NCBI GenBank assembly: GCA_973895155.1
Contig: OZ316895.1
Span: 16,596,170-16,660,169 of the forward strand
Source of the DNA: Marsupella aquatica
Lineage: Eukaryota > Plantae > Marchantiophyta
Reading direction: 5' to 3'
DNA: 64,000 bases
Below the pieces are notes generated by a model. It did not search any database, had not been told where the DNA came from, and saw only the letters and a program-made list of their open reading frames with translations. Shown here in pieces: positions 12,985-25,400 of the stretch. Positions within the stretch are counted from its first letter, which is position 1. Each line of letters opens with the position of its first letter. Position numbers and translations under genes: made by a program.

Positions 12985-13066
12985 TTGGTCATATGTCATT
13001 ACCAGTTGGTCATATAAGATTGGTCATATGCCATTACCATAAGATTGGTCATATGACATTACCATT
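12985..13066. repeat. Short degenerate tandem repeat (TTGGTCATATG.CATTACCA, ~4 units)
   Basis: TTGGTCATAT occurs 4 times within about 80 bp. Confidence 0.7.
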
Positions 13067-14859
13067 AGTCAATGTAGAGGCAAGCTAAACAAAAAATAAA
13101 TTACACAACCTCGGAAAAAGTTTTGACCATTACTTTATGGCTGAATGCCATGCCATCATCCATAATTTCTCAGACTCCCTAATATGACCAAAAACCTAAG
13201 GGCTGTCTTGCATGTGCAAGAGCCCTGAAAAATGCGACCCCTGGCAGCCCACATGCATATGTCGGGAAAAAGTGTGGACCCAGGATCTAAACACAATCAA
13301 GAACAGCTTCCGTGTGAAATGCTTATTCAGTTGGATCTACTGCCATTTTGTTGTTTTATTCAAAGATCAAAGTTATGGACCTCAAGGGCCTGAAAAGGCC
13401 CTTGCATATCCTCCAAAGACGGGCTTGTTGCTTCGTTTAGAGATGTCACGGGTTCATTTGAGGGCCAAAAATCAAAGGAACCTGCACATGCAAGACTGCC
13501 CTAAAGGTTTCACAACATTTAGTACTCTCCTGATGCGATAAGCTATTTGTCTGAGGGTAGACTTTACAAACTGAGAATCGCTTACCTCTGAAACGAATTT
13601 CACTTTCAGCTTGTGAAGTCAGGTACTGTAGCTCGCTATAACTGCAGCATGATCTGTTGCATTATTATCATCTTCCAAAATTTGAAGGCTTTGGCCAAAG
13701 GTGCAAACGCAAACACATCTACTCGATGATTCATTTCACCTGCTCAGGACCGATAGCGCACATCGGGAACTTCACAATACTATAACAAAATCTCTTTCAC
13801 CTCGTCCGTCCTCAAACTTGCCAGAAAGTACATCGAAAGATTTGTATGCCCCTTTCAAACAGTCATGGAACTTGTAGTGAATTCCCCATCAGCTTAGAAT
13901 TTCTTTGGCGATTGTAGCATACGTAAACGGGACTGACAGGGGGGAGCTGACGAGCTCCAAGGTCATCAGTGAAAGGAGGACGAGAGGACACGCTCGCCGG
14001 GGGACTGCAAGGCGATTGTAATCTTGCAACAATCGTGGACCTCGGTCAGCACCTCACATCAGCCAAAACATTGTTAGCTCTGGAAACTCAAAACCTCATG
14101 CAAACCTCCTCGTCACACTCGACGACACCAATTGGAAAGAAATGAAGGCTAGGGGCTTTGATCAATGTAAAATGATCTGGTAACGACGCAATCCTTGTGA
14201 ACAGCAATGCAGTCATGCATGCAGCGCAAATATTACATAGAGGCAAGATCATCGCCGCTGTCAAACAAAACTTTGAGTGCGCTAATGAAGCTACGAATGC
14301 CCAGAATGTCAGGATAAAGAAGTAAAGAACTCTCCAGTGTGCGACTGCTGGAATGAGGTGACTCGACACCAGACTAGCAATATCGATTCCGTAGCTGGAC
14401 GAAGGAAGCCAACGATGTTCTTCTTGTGCTAGCAGCGACCCCATTACGTGAGATAAGAACTTCCAGATTCACTCATTTTGAATGCTGAACTCCTCCAAAG
14501 CCTTTCCACACTTCAAAACTAGATTGCCTCCACCTTTGCATCGGTATTTACATGTGAAGACTAGAAAAACAAAAGGATTGTCAACCAGAGAGAGTAGTCC
14601 CGGAAACCAAAAAGCCATCGAAAACTAACTATGTACAAAGTACCAGCATCAGCTCCATCAAATCCTGTTCCGGCATTCGGCCCGCGAAGATGAGAGAATT
14701 GGACTGCTTTTACAAAATCCGTTGCTGGCGAGCTGGACTGAGTGACTTGGGTAGCAGGGACTCGACCAGCTTAACGGGATTCATGTTCCCATCCACCGCG
14801 AAGGTTTATGACTTGCGCAGAGCGTCTAGACCCATCAATATTGGCAATAGATGCTCTCG

Positions 14860-15405
14860 CTAGGAATCTAGAGCTCTATGTACGGAGTCCGGTGATAGAC
14901 GAAAGATATGAAAGATTTTTCTCATCTCTCGGCTTTGGGTATTAGAATGGATTGCTCTGCCTTTTTTCAAAATCCAGTCCGGGGAAATGTTTTCACCGCC
15001 TACAACCTTGGTCTGTAATTCCCGGTATATGCGGTATTTGACTTCGGTAGTGACTTTCGACCACATCGTCTTGAAATGTACATGCTTATGGACCACAGTT
15101 TTCAGCACGCCAATTATTGATGCAGACTCACGATCTCCATATGGCTCTCCTCTCCCATTGACCCGTGCGTAGATTGTTAAGGGCCTACTAGCCGTTTCGT
15201 CGGTCCTATACTCAGGGCCTGGTCGCACCATAGAAACTTGGCGGGCATCTTCTCTGCTGGTGCTGTCAGACTGACATTCGGCAAAATTTGGTGGAGAAAT
15301 TGGTGGAGAATCTCCAATATGTCTTGTAATCGGAAGATCATGGAAATACGAGTCCTCGTTGTAAGGCTCCCTTTTCACTCTAGGCGGGGTAGACGTAGCC
15401 TGCAC
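14860..15405 (-). pseudogene. Transposon accessory (CACTA TnpA/ORF2-like or MULE) ORF fragment
   Basis: ARVNGRGEPYG..SIIGVLKTVV..TMWSKVTTEVKYRIYRELQTK..WILKKGRAIH resembles the NxxGxPxG...WxKVxxxxKxxIW...WILKK pattern of plant DNA-transposon accessory proteins. The ORF has no ATG start, and no TIRs were found. Confidence 0.5.
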
Positions 15406-17695
15406 GAATAAACGAAAGACACCGACCCACTGTCACGAAGACGAATTGTAAAGAAGATTAATCGAAACGTACTCATTTCTCAATTTTGTATGAGAGCGAA
15501 CGAGACGTGCATATACCTCGCTGCTGCCGTCGTGCGTCAACACTGCACGACTAAGTGAGAGCGAGAGCCCTGGAAACCCGCCGAGAGAGCTGTAGACAAC
15601 AGAATGATACCGCAGAGAGTTAACTAGGATGCTCAAATTAAGATCTGGACATGATCAACTTGCAATCAAATGACAAAAACCATCGGCGGCAAGGCCCGAC
15701 GGCACTGAAATGCGTTTCAATTCTCTCCGGACACGAAGCAGTAATGGAAAACTTCTTACAACCTTGCAGGCTCCATCGCCATGTAGTGAATCGTGGTTGG
15801 CTGGTCACGTACAGTGGAGGTCGGAAGAGCTGGAAGAGTCGGAAGCGCGCTTCCACCTACTGTACTCTGAATCGGTCTCGAACTCTACCAGTCTCACGAA
15901 CTTAATCGAAAAACTTCCGAAGGTTCAAAAGCTGTGCCTTCTATGACGGGACTTAATCGAAAAGCCTCCGAAGTTAAACACAACGGATTATGTAGACTGT
16001 AGTCTAAATCGTCCTCGAACGCTGAAGGTCTCAGAAACTTAATCGAAAAGCTTGCGAAGATGCAAATGCTGTGCAATCTCTCCATCACTCAGTGTACTCT
16101 GCAATGCTTTGCCTCGTAGTTTGTTGGGACTGCTGAGTTCCGGTGAGTTCTGCGAATGGTTCATGGCCGAATGCCCTCGAGCCTCGAACCTCCTCACTCC
16201 TCAGACTATTGCGGCTAATAAATGAGGCGAGTTAATACAAACAATAATGTCAAGATATACATACGGTACACTGCAGTACTCTCTTTATTAATCAAAATAC
16301 TATTTTTGCACCAAATGCGTTGGGTCCCTGTAAATGCACATCAAAATATGACATATATTATGTACACACCCTTGTAGAGTGATAATACTAGTTTTTTCCT
16401 TTCACTCAATGAATGTAGCTACATTTTGATGTGTAATTATGAGCAAGGAAAGGTGTTCTGGTTCGCACCGTGTCATCTATCTATCAAGTCATGTTATGGT
16501 TGTAGAAGTGTTGTTTGACTGCATGGTTGTTGGTGCGACAATGTTGTTGCAAAAGTGATGTTGTCGGGGAACAAGAGCATGGAGGCCCCCAGGGGAGCGT
16601 GGCAAGACGGGTGAGAACATCCAAGGCATTGTTTTAGGGTTTTAAGTATTAAGAGAATGAGCGGGGTGATTTCAAATCATTTAAGTTTGAAATCATGAGC
16701 GATTTTGAGTATTATTTGAGTGGGGTGATTTCAAATCATTTCGAAGCCAGGAGGTTTTGACCCCACTACCTGCCTGTCCCCATTCAGTTGTGCTACCACG
16801 TAGCCTGGGGTCAGCTAATGGCAATCCCAACTCGCGCCAAGATTTTACTCTATAATTTGGATCTGGTACAACTGGGCAGTGGGCAGCCCCTACAGGCTAA
16901 TTAATGCGATTAGTACGAAGGGAGAATTTAATATTCCTCGAGCCTCTCATGCTTAATAGGCTGAGTGATAGAGCAAGACATTGGCTGGTAGCTAGGTCCC
17001 TACTCAAAACCTGTTCGGGCACCTCTCTTTTAATATTCATCCCACCCAAAAGGGCAGCTTACTCATTCTAGTTATACTATGACTTAGAAAAATTATATGG
17101 GAAATGAGCAGCCGATGCATACATATGGGAGTTATATGTGAGACTCATGATGAGCCTCAATCTGACCTTGTGAGACTCATGATGAGCCTCAATCTGACCT
17201 TTTGAGCTGAATGAACCTGAGATTGGATGTCCCTTCAATACAAATCATCGATCACCCCGGATGGTTGATTATCCTCAGCATTTAAGAGTGTGACCCAAAG
17301 GGTTGTCCTAGGAAATGTTGAAACAAATGTCCCTATGATACAATCAAACCAAAGTTATTTTAAGTTGCTATCGCAGGTGACCATTTAGGGACCAGAATGC
17401 CTGCATTCTGGTTGACCATTTAAGTTACTACCGCAGGTGACCATCTAGAGATCGATTACAAGCCACAAAGGTTTACATCATGATTATATAATTAGCTAGC
17501 CAAGGGTTCCGTACAAGATAATCTAGAGCACCACAACCAGAATGTCTGTTGCATTCACACTCATAGCTTGTTGCTAACTTTGCTTCCTTGCTCTGTTTCA
17601 TCAATGTTGTTTCACATGGATCTTAACAGAGAATCAACACATGAATCCAAGCTAATACTACTCAGAGAGGGAATCTTGGAGTTCAAGTGAAAAGT

Positions 17696-18123
17696 TGTTT
17701 CCAAATGGAGGACCTAACCACAAATGAATAGGCTACAAATGATCCCCTCTTTCTATATTTGGAAGTTTGCCCATGTAGCTGTTAGATACTGCTCTAGTCT
17801 TGTGACTCATGAGCTAACCACAGTTAGTCTAACTCGGGTTAGGACTTAGCTAATGTTATCGATAGTGTTGTTGTGCATATAGCCAGGGCTGATGCCAGAC
17901 CCTGGTGGGACTAAGGCTCATTGTTACGAAGCTAGTTGAGAGATAGGAAGAGCTTGTGTTGTGGATGCTTGGTATGGCCGGTCGGCCTAAAGTGCAGTAA
18001 AGCTCTTGTGTGTTCCCGTGGACGTAGCCTCATGTGGAGGTGAACCACGTATCTCTCTATGTCGACTCTTGTGCGTTGGATGGTTCATGGGCTTGCAGTT
18101 GCGAATGTCGTCTATGCTCAACA
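17696..18123 (+). mobile_element. Putative solo LTR (~430 bp)
   Basis: Starts TGTT and ends GCTCAACA. Contains CCCGTGGACGTAG..GAACCACGTA, a motif common near the 3' end of plant LTRs. An inverted related copy lies at 50774-51208. The TSD is not clean. Confidence 0.55.
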
Positions 18124-19065
18124 ATAGCTTCCTTTTAAGGACTATTGTAGTGAGGGCTATGGAGGAGCAATTGTGTGCAAAGATGCTCCCAACACCTGAC
18201 TGTGGATGTCCCTCAGTAGCGTCGGATGGGATGTGAATGGAAAGTTTACAGGTCACATTAAGCTTGCCCTGCAAGAGTTGTTTGTGGGATTTTCTTGCAA
18301 CTCGCAAGAGTTTTTCGGAGTATGTTGCATCTATACGGGGTCAAGGCAAGTACTATGTATGTTACAAACTAGGGCCCACCCAACCTCAACAATACACCAA
18401 AAATGTGTGTCCACTCTTGATCTGTCTACCTTGTTACCTTGTGACCCTATAAACCAAATACTTGGTGACCCAAGGAAACAAAGACTTGTGAGTTTCAATA
18501 AGGTTATGAGATGTATTTTAAAGAACAGGGTGAAATGAAGGGTGATTGCTGCTATTAAGCCCAACAGACGAGTAACAATAAAGTTTTGCACTAACACAAT
18601 TTGACTTGTGAAACTCTACTTGACGTCATGAACTAAAGTGTTGTGAACTGGAAGTTGCGAGTCTCATTTTTGGTTGCTCATTTTGCTCCAACATAACTAC
18701 CAACGACTTAGGATGAAGCCCTCTTGGCAATGTAGCCCGTTTTTGAATCCTAGATAATTCAACTAAGAGATGACAGTCACCCATTGGTGCCTAAACAACA
18801 CTTGCCCCACCCCATTATGGGCAAGGGAGGTATAACTCTATTAGTTATTACATTTGATGGACAAGCTCGAGTGTATCTATTTACCATAGAAGTAAAATCA
18901 AACTCAATCAATCTTACAAATACATTTGAATGGATTTTGCCTAGGACTATGGAGCGGGCTATTGAGTAACAATAGTTACTTCCAGGTTCTTAATATGGAT
19001 GTGACCAAAGGAAGCAAAGAGTGGTATGTTTTAATAACGGTATTAGTTATTATTTTTGGTAGACC

Positions 19066-20680
19066 AGCTGGTGTGGGATTCTTTACCACTTAAGTCAAAG
19101 TAAACAAAGTCAATCTGACAACTACAATCCAATTATTTTTGCCTTAACAACATTAGCTTTTAACACATAGATGAAATATTGTTGACCTATTGAACGCATC
19201 ATGAGCCTACTCTTTAGGGTCTACTGCCTCTGGACCATGACTGTGGGGGCATATCAAAAGTTGGGGGTGTGCGTGGAACAAGGACTGGGGGCAGGGTGAG
19301 TCTCTATAGATCCTGGGAGCATAATTGAAGGTTCGGGCAACAGGTGGGAAATGTGGGGCATGATGAGTCTCTAAAAATAGTGTTGCGCATGAGAACTTGT
19401 TGGAAACCAATTGAACTCAAATTGGGTGAAGATGAAACTAACTTGAATACAGTTGGCTTGAATGTACTCACCCTGTTTATGACCAAAGAATGAGCAGTCA
19501 GTCGAGTCCTCTTAGTAGATGAGCTGATGTGTATTTATTTACCACAGAAGTCAAAGTAAATGCAGTCAATCTGATAAGTGTAGTCCAATTATTTTTGCCT
19601 CACCAACATTAAGCTTTTACCACACATAGCTGATGTCATCCACCTACTTTTCATGGCCTACCATCTTGAGTGAAGCCTCTGGAACATAATTGAAGTTGAG
19701 GGTGGGCAAGTATGGGGCAAGGTAAATGTTTGAAAATGGTAGCATGTGAGGAGTGAGTGGAAATTAATTGAATGCAAGTAGGGGGAGGGACAAACTCACC
19801 TCTATTTAAAATGCAAATAGGTGAAGGGACAAATTCACCTTTATTTAATTTCAAACAATAATCAATCAATTTAGTGCTCTTACGTAGTCTGGTGCTCTTG
19901 CTACTTATTACTTTTGGAAGACGACCTGTTGTGTATTTATTTACCACATAGGTCAAAGTAAAAGCCTCACAAACAATAAGCTTTTAGGACACATAGTCAA
20001 GTCATCCACCTACTGTTCATGGCCTACGTCTAGAGTGAAGCCTATAGACAACGACTCTGGGGGCATAATTGAAGTTGGGGTGCAGTGTAAAATCAAGACT
20101 GGAGCAAGGTAATCTCTGAAACTGTTAGCATGTGAGGAGTTAGTGGAAACCAATTGAATGGCAACATGGGAAGGGACAACAATTTTTAGCTACATTACCA
20201 CTAAAGATGTTCCAATTCACAATATTGCTACTGTTTTTATTATATTTACAAATATGTCATAGTTTCGGTATATGATTAACTTGGTTACGTTAATTAACTT
20301 GTTGTCCATATACAAAACCGTGGCATATTTGTATAGGCATATTTGTATACACAAAAAAATTGTGGTGATGTTGCCAATTTACCCTAATTACGTTGGTGAA
20401 CTTGTTGTCCATATATGAAATCACAACATATTTGTAAATACAGAAAAATTGAGACAAAAGTGTCAGTTAATTGGAACATCTTTAATGGTAGAGTAGTCAA
20501 AATTGTTATGGACAAACTACCTCTATTTACAATGCAAATAGGCAAAGGGAAAACTGCCTCTATTTATTTTTTAAAACAAGCAATGAGTCTAGTGCTCTTT
20601 GTACCTCTATTTATAGTGCACATAGGCAAAGAGGCAAACTTACATATATAACATTAAATCCGTCTAGCTAATGCTCTTAG
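19066..20680. repeat. Degenerate tandem array of ~400-460-bp units
   Basis: Unit head (GC)TG.TGTGTATTTATTTACCAC..AGTCAAAGTAAA...AAGCTTTTA.CACATAG recurs at ~19066, ~19522 and ~19925. A related head occurs twice at 21762 and 21829. Confidence 0.7.
20178..20508. mobile_element. AT-rich MITE with ~40-bp imperfect TIRs
   Basis: AACAATTTTTAGCTACATTACCACTAAAGATGTTCCAATT pairs with AATTGGAACATCTTTAATGGTAGAGTAGTCAAAATTGTT. It interrupts a unit of the tandem array at GGGACA^AACT. A related copy lies at 43561-43782. Confidence 0.7.
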
Positions 20681-20987
20681 GTAGTCTAGTGCTTCGGTCA
20701 TTTGGGGCTATAGGTCCCTGTAAAGTCATTTATGAGTATCCTCACCCGCTGTCCAAAGGCTACTGCCCAAACTCATGAGGCTATATATCACGAACAAGGC
20801 CTCCATTTTTGTCCAGCGGCTATGGTGTGTGGAAGACTGTTTGCATGGGGATCTGGAGGTGCAAAGCTTGAAACTGCTTGTGGGCGCAATACTTTTTAGA
20901 CAAACCCCACCCAAAAATGGGGTTCAGAAGGGAGCTTTTGACACTTAAACTACAACTACATGTACGAGAGTTATGGGTTAACTCTAA

Positions 20988-21356
20988 GGGGCACTTTACA
21001 AAATGGGCGCGACAGGTTGACAGGTTTTTACCAGGGCTGCAAGAGAGCCCAGGTACAACTAGTGCTCCAGACCTGACCAAGGCAGACCGGGCAGGCTGAA
21101 AACGCAAGGGCAAGACGGCCACAACATTATCGCACCTCCTTTGGTGCGATAGTCTTTCGTCAAGTTGAGAGCGCCAGGTGTGTGTAAAAGAACCCGAACC
21201 ATGGGGCCATACAGGTTCGGGCTTGCCCTACATAGAACTGGCGGCAATAAGTTTCTAAAGCAGATGAAGCCCAGGCAGGTTGAATGAACGGTTGAGATAC
21301 ACTTTATCAAGTTCAAAATAGAAGTAAAGTGTTGCGCCCGTCTTGTAAAGTGCCCC
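20988..21356. mobile_element. Tourist-type (PIF/Harbinger) MITE, 369 bp
   Basis: TIRs GGGGCACTTTACAAAATGGGCGCGAC and GTTGCGCCCGTCTTGTAAAGTGCCCC, with TAA TSD at 20985-20987 and 21357-21359. Confidence 0.85.
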
Positions 21357-22450
21357 TAACCCTCATTACCAAATGTACACATTCAGGTTCACTAGGAATG
21401 GACTTGGGCTCCACTTTTACTGTTCACGAAGGGACAAGGAATGAGCCAAGCACCCTTTCCTATGGTCAGGTGTGGTTTAAAATGACAGTTTTTACGTTTT
21501 TTGCACACCAGTAGTCAGTAGACAAGAATATGAATAGTCCAAAAGCCATAAAAACTTTCCAGCAACTAGTCTCCCTCAATCTTGGGTATAGTGCTCTTAA
21601 TCCACCACTAGCCATGACAAAAAGCTGGTTACACGGGTGACAAAAATAACCATAAATATGATCATTTCTTGAATGTGTGGACTCATATGGAATCCCAGAG
21701 AAAAAGAATGGGAGGAAAGTGAAATATGGCCAGTGGCGGTTTAATTAATAGTTTGGATAGGGGAGCTGGTGTGTATTGATTTACCAGAGAAGTCAGTCAA
21801 AGTAAACTTAATGATTACTTTCGATACGGGAGCTGGTGTGTATTAATTTACCAGATAAGTCAGTCAAATTCTACTTTAACTGATTCAATCCGACAGTACA
21901 ATGTAATGATTTTCGCCTCAGCGAACAGAAGCTTTTAGCACACATATCAATCTCTCGTCCTCCAAACTCTCTCTCTTGCACATGCTCTAGTTTTACGAGG
22001 CCAAAACATGGTTCCCTCGTACAGAACAGGAGAGTACGAGATCACAGAACTAATTGGAGCACAGAGATGAGCAGCAGGGGCGGCAGCAGGAGAGGAGAAG
22101 ACATGAGGAGAATTGGACGCGACCACAGCTTCTGCTCGAGCAGCGGCTACCGCTGATGGGGCTCCAGTCCGAATCAAGCCGGGTCTGGAACTGTGTCTGC
22201 TACTTCGTGAAAGCGCTCGTGTCGCTGATTTTCGCCATTGCGGAATTCATCGCAGATCGGCTCTGGCGGCACCATCACGAATTGTGCGAGGACGTTGAGA
22301 GCCGAGAGTTCAGAGAGCGGTGCATTGAGCTGAACTCGTCGAGCAAGAGGAGGTCGGTGTCTAGGCAGAATTTGAGGCGGGAGCCTGGGTATGAATGAGT
22401 GAAGCACGGGAGGCAGAGGACGACGCATCGTTCTAATTGGCGGTGGCAGG

Positions 22451-25400
22451 ATGACAGCTTTGGAGGGAATGGAGACGAAGAAGACGGCTCAGGAGAATGG
22501 CCATGGGGAAGGCGGTCGAGATGGAGACACGGAGGAGTTCTCCGAAGGGGAGCTGGCCCAGTTTTTGGAACAGAGTTGGTCCCAGAATGGAGATTGCCAT
22601 TCAGCGTGGGCGCGATTAGGTCAGTTGGGACTCCAATTCCGCTTGTTCTTGGCGTTACACTGCGGGTCGCTTGCGTCAATTCACCCCGATCCTGGAAAGC
22701 ATCATCCTCTCAAAATTAGGTTGTGGCTGTGAAAGGACCCCTAATTCTGCCGTTGGCTGGGGTTTGTGGCTTCAAGCTAGTCCAGCTCCCTGAGCGTGTG
22801 CTGAGGCCTAGAAGCCGGTAAACAAAATGGATCTGGATTTTAACCTGTTCGTAAGTGTAGATTCGATGTGATACATTCGCGGGGCTCCCTCTCTGGTTAT
22901 GAGTGATTGACCCTTTTGAGACATTAGCGCGCTAATTTTAAAGGTTCTGTCTTTCCGCTATGATTTGTTTCTTTGTTGTATCTGAAGCGCTCGCAGCTCT
23001 TCGAGCGATTTTTATTGCATTCCTGGACGTCGGTGGGACACGCCTAATCATATGAAGCTGAGGGGTGGCACACCCTTGCTTCAAGACGGTATCATTCAGA
23101 GCAGGACAAGTGATTCTTGTCTTAAATTGTGGCAGTCTCTGTAGACAAGGCCTATTCAAACATTGAGCTAGTGGAGAACGAAGTTACGGTGGGCCGAGCT
23201 GATGTCGTGAAAGCAAATGGGGAGGAGGACATGCATGTCAGTAAAATTCACTGTAAGATCTGGGCAAGCCCTGAGACGGGGCTGTGTTACCTTACAAATT
23301 TGAGGTAAACCTCGAAGCTTTTATGTTAAAATTTCAAACGAGAGAACACTTTGAGTTCTATTTGACATCTTCGTAGCAACATCCGTTAACGCTCTTCCTG
23401 TAGCTGGTTAAATTCCATTCCATATAAATTGGGCAGCATTTTGTTTCTGGAGCCGTTCTTACTAGATTAAGATACAGTGTCCACACGTTTGTGGAGAACA
23501 AAATTAACCTGGTGCTGGCAATGTATGATGCAAGGCCTTAATGTTCTTGGGATTTTATCTAGTGCGATATATATCTATTCTAGACGACGTGAGCGATGAT
23601 TTGCCATCTAGTCAACAGAATAGTACCTTCTTGGGCTGAGGGCCTCACATATAATTAGGTCTTTGTAGTTAGACTTACATGTAGAAAGTCCTACGGAACT
23701 TTAGAGACCACCTCCAGAGTCTGTCTGTAAGGAGTGCTTCCAAACTGGCTGCTGTTGTCCTCAAGTTGCGAGTAGTTATCTCTCGTTCGTGCAATTTTGT
23801 GCAATTTGGAATTAGGGACTTTTCTAAGTGCATTGTGGAAAGGTCACTTTGAGAGTTCGTTCGTTTCCAATTGCTTGTCTGTACACTGATGTTATGCGCG
23901 TGTCCAGTGTGAATGGAACTGTGGTACAGGGTCAATCTGTTGAGAAAGAGAAGCACTTTTCTCTTCATCACGGTGACGAAGTTTCTCTAGGACCTCCCAC
24001 CTCAGGTACTCCACTGTCTCTTAAGTCTGACTCTCTTTATCTTGATCGTCCATACATTTAGTTGACTGTACATACTGTGCCCTAAGATATAAGCATTACT
24101 ACTTAGCCCAGGGATTTTTGTGTCTGGCAAGGATAAATGCTTTTGAAAATTATTTGTTGCTCATCCATAGTATCCATGAACTTCTGAGTCGTGGTTCACT
24201 TTTCCTTGGTCATCATAATCATTTGAAAATGCCGGCCATGGGCTATATATCATTATGAAATCTAATATCACTCACAGGCTGACAGACAAAGCCTAGAAAT
24301 TTTTAGGGATTAGACTGTAACCAGCCACACATTGGATAACTTGTGTTCTTGGCCGGTCCGTGTCAGTGTTTCAGTTTTAGCATTTTTGCATTTTTCTAAG
24401 AGTTTTAAACAACTGTCCGTCGGTTCTCTCTGATGTGTTTCGAGGGTTACCTTTTAAGTGTTGCATTGTAACGATTCTGTGAATATGAGCTGACATTTTC
24501 GGATTGGGAAAGGCTGTTACATGACTAAAATTGTATGCCTTATGTGACGTGAAAAACTCCTGAGTAATACTAACGTACCTCGCAAACTCCACCCTTGTCA
24601 GTGATCTTGTTATTGTCAAATACAATCCCCCATTAGTTACGACGGTTGTTCTCTGACATCTGCATACCTTTGCATGTTACATGAACAAAAGTCACCAGCA
24701 ATCCTGCTAAAAGGTGGATACTCAAGGAGCTGTGAGTGAGCTATTGTAGGATAAGTGGCTGTTCTGAGGAACTGCCAACAGGTGTCTGGAATTTATTTTC
24801 AACTGAACAGAACTTGGCAGGTTGTCCTCTATTTGTCTTTCAGATGCTCAAGAGAGTTCATCATGGCCACCAAAAGAGACCAATTGAGGTATCTTTCCGA
24901 CCTTCTTTTTTGTCTTGTTTAGACCAAGCTGATTGTCAGAAAGGAGTATAGAGGATCAAGAAACATGCATGCTACCTATCCAAAACTTATATAGCCATTT
25001 GTTTTCAGGTGTCGTAACTGACAGTATGGTGTTTTTCTTCATAGGTTCACGTACCCTTAGTGTGTGACAAGTTTCCCAACCAGGATCCCTGAGATGCTTA
25101 CCTATTTGAAAATTGAATTTGGTATTGTGTTCGACATTAGGCAAAGTCATTGCTGCAAAGAGCGATGCAAGGTGTTTGGAAATAATAGCGAAAGATCGAC
25201 TCTGATGCTTCTGCTCAATTCTTTTAGCCGAGGACTCTTGGGATAATCACATGATCATGTTGCAGATAGAAGCGGATTCTGGTTCTAAGCCCTCCATTGA
25301 TGACGGTGGACATGATCCTGGTCCAAAGAAGCCAAAGGTAACACCAGTCCACTTCGCAACGTTGGGCATATTTTTGAGCCCTGTTATGAATATGATAAAG

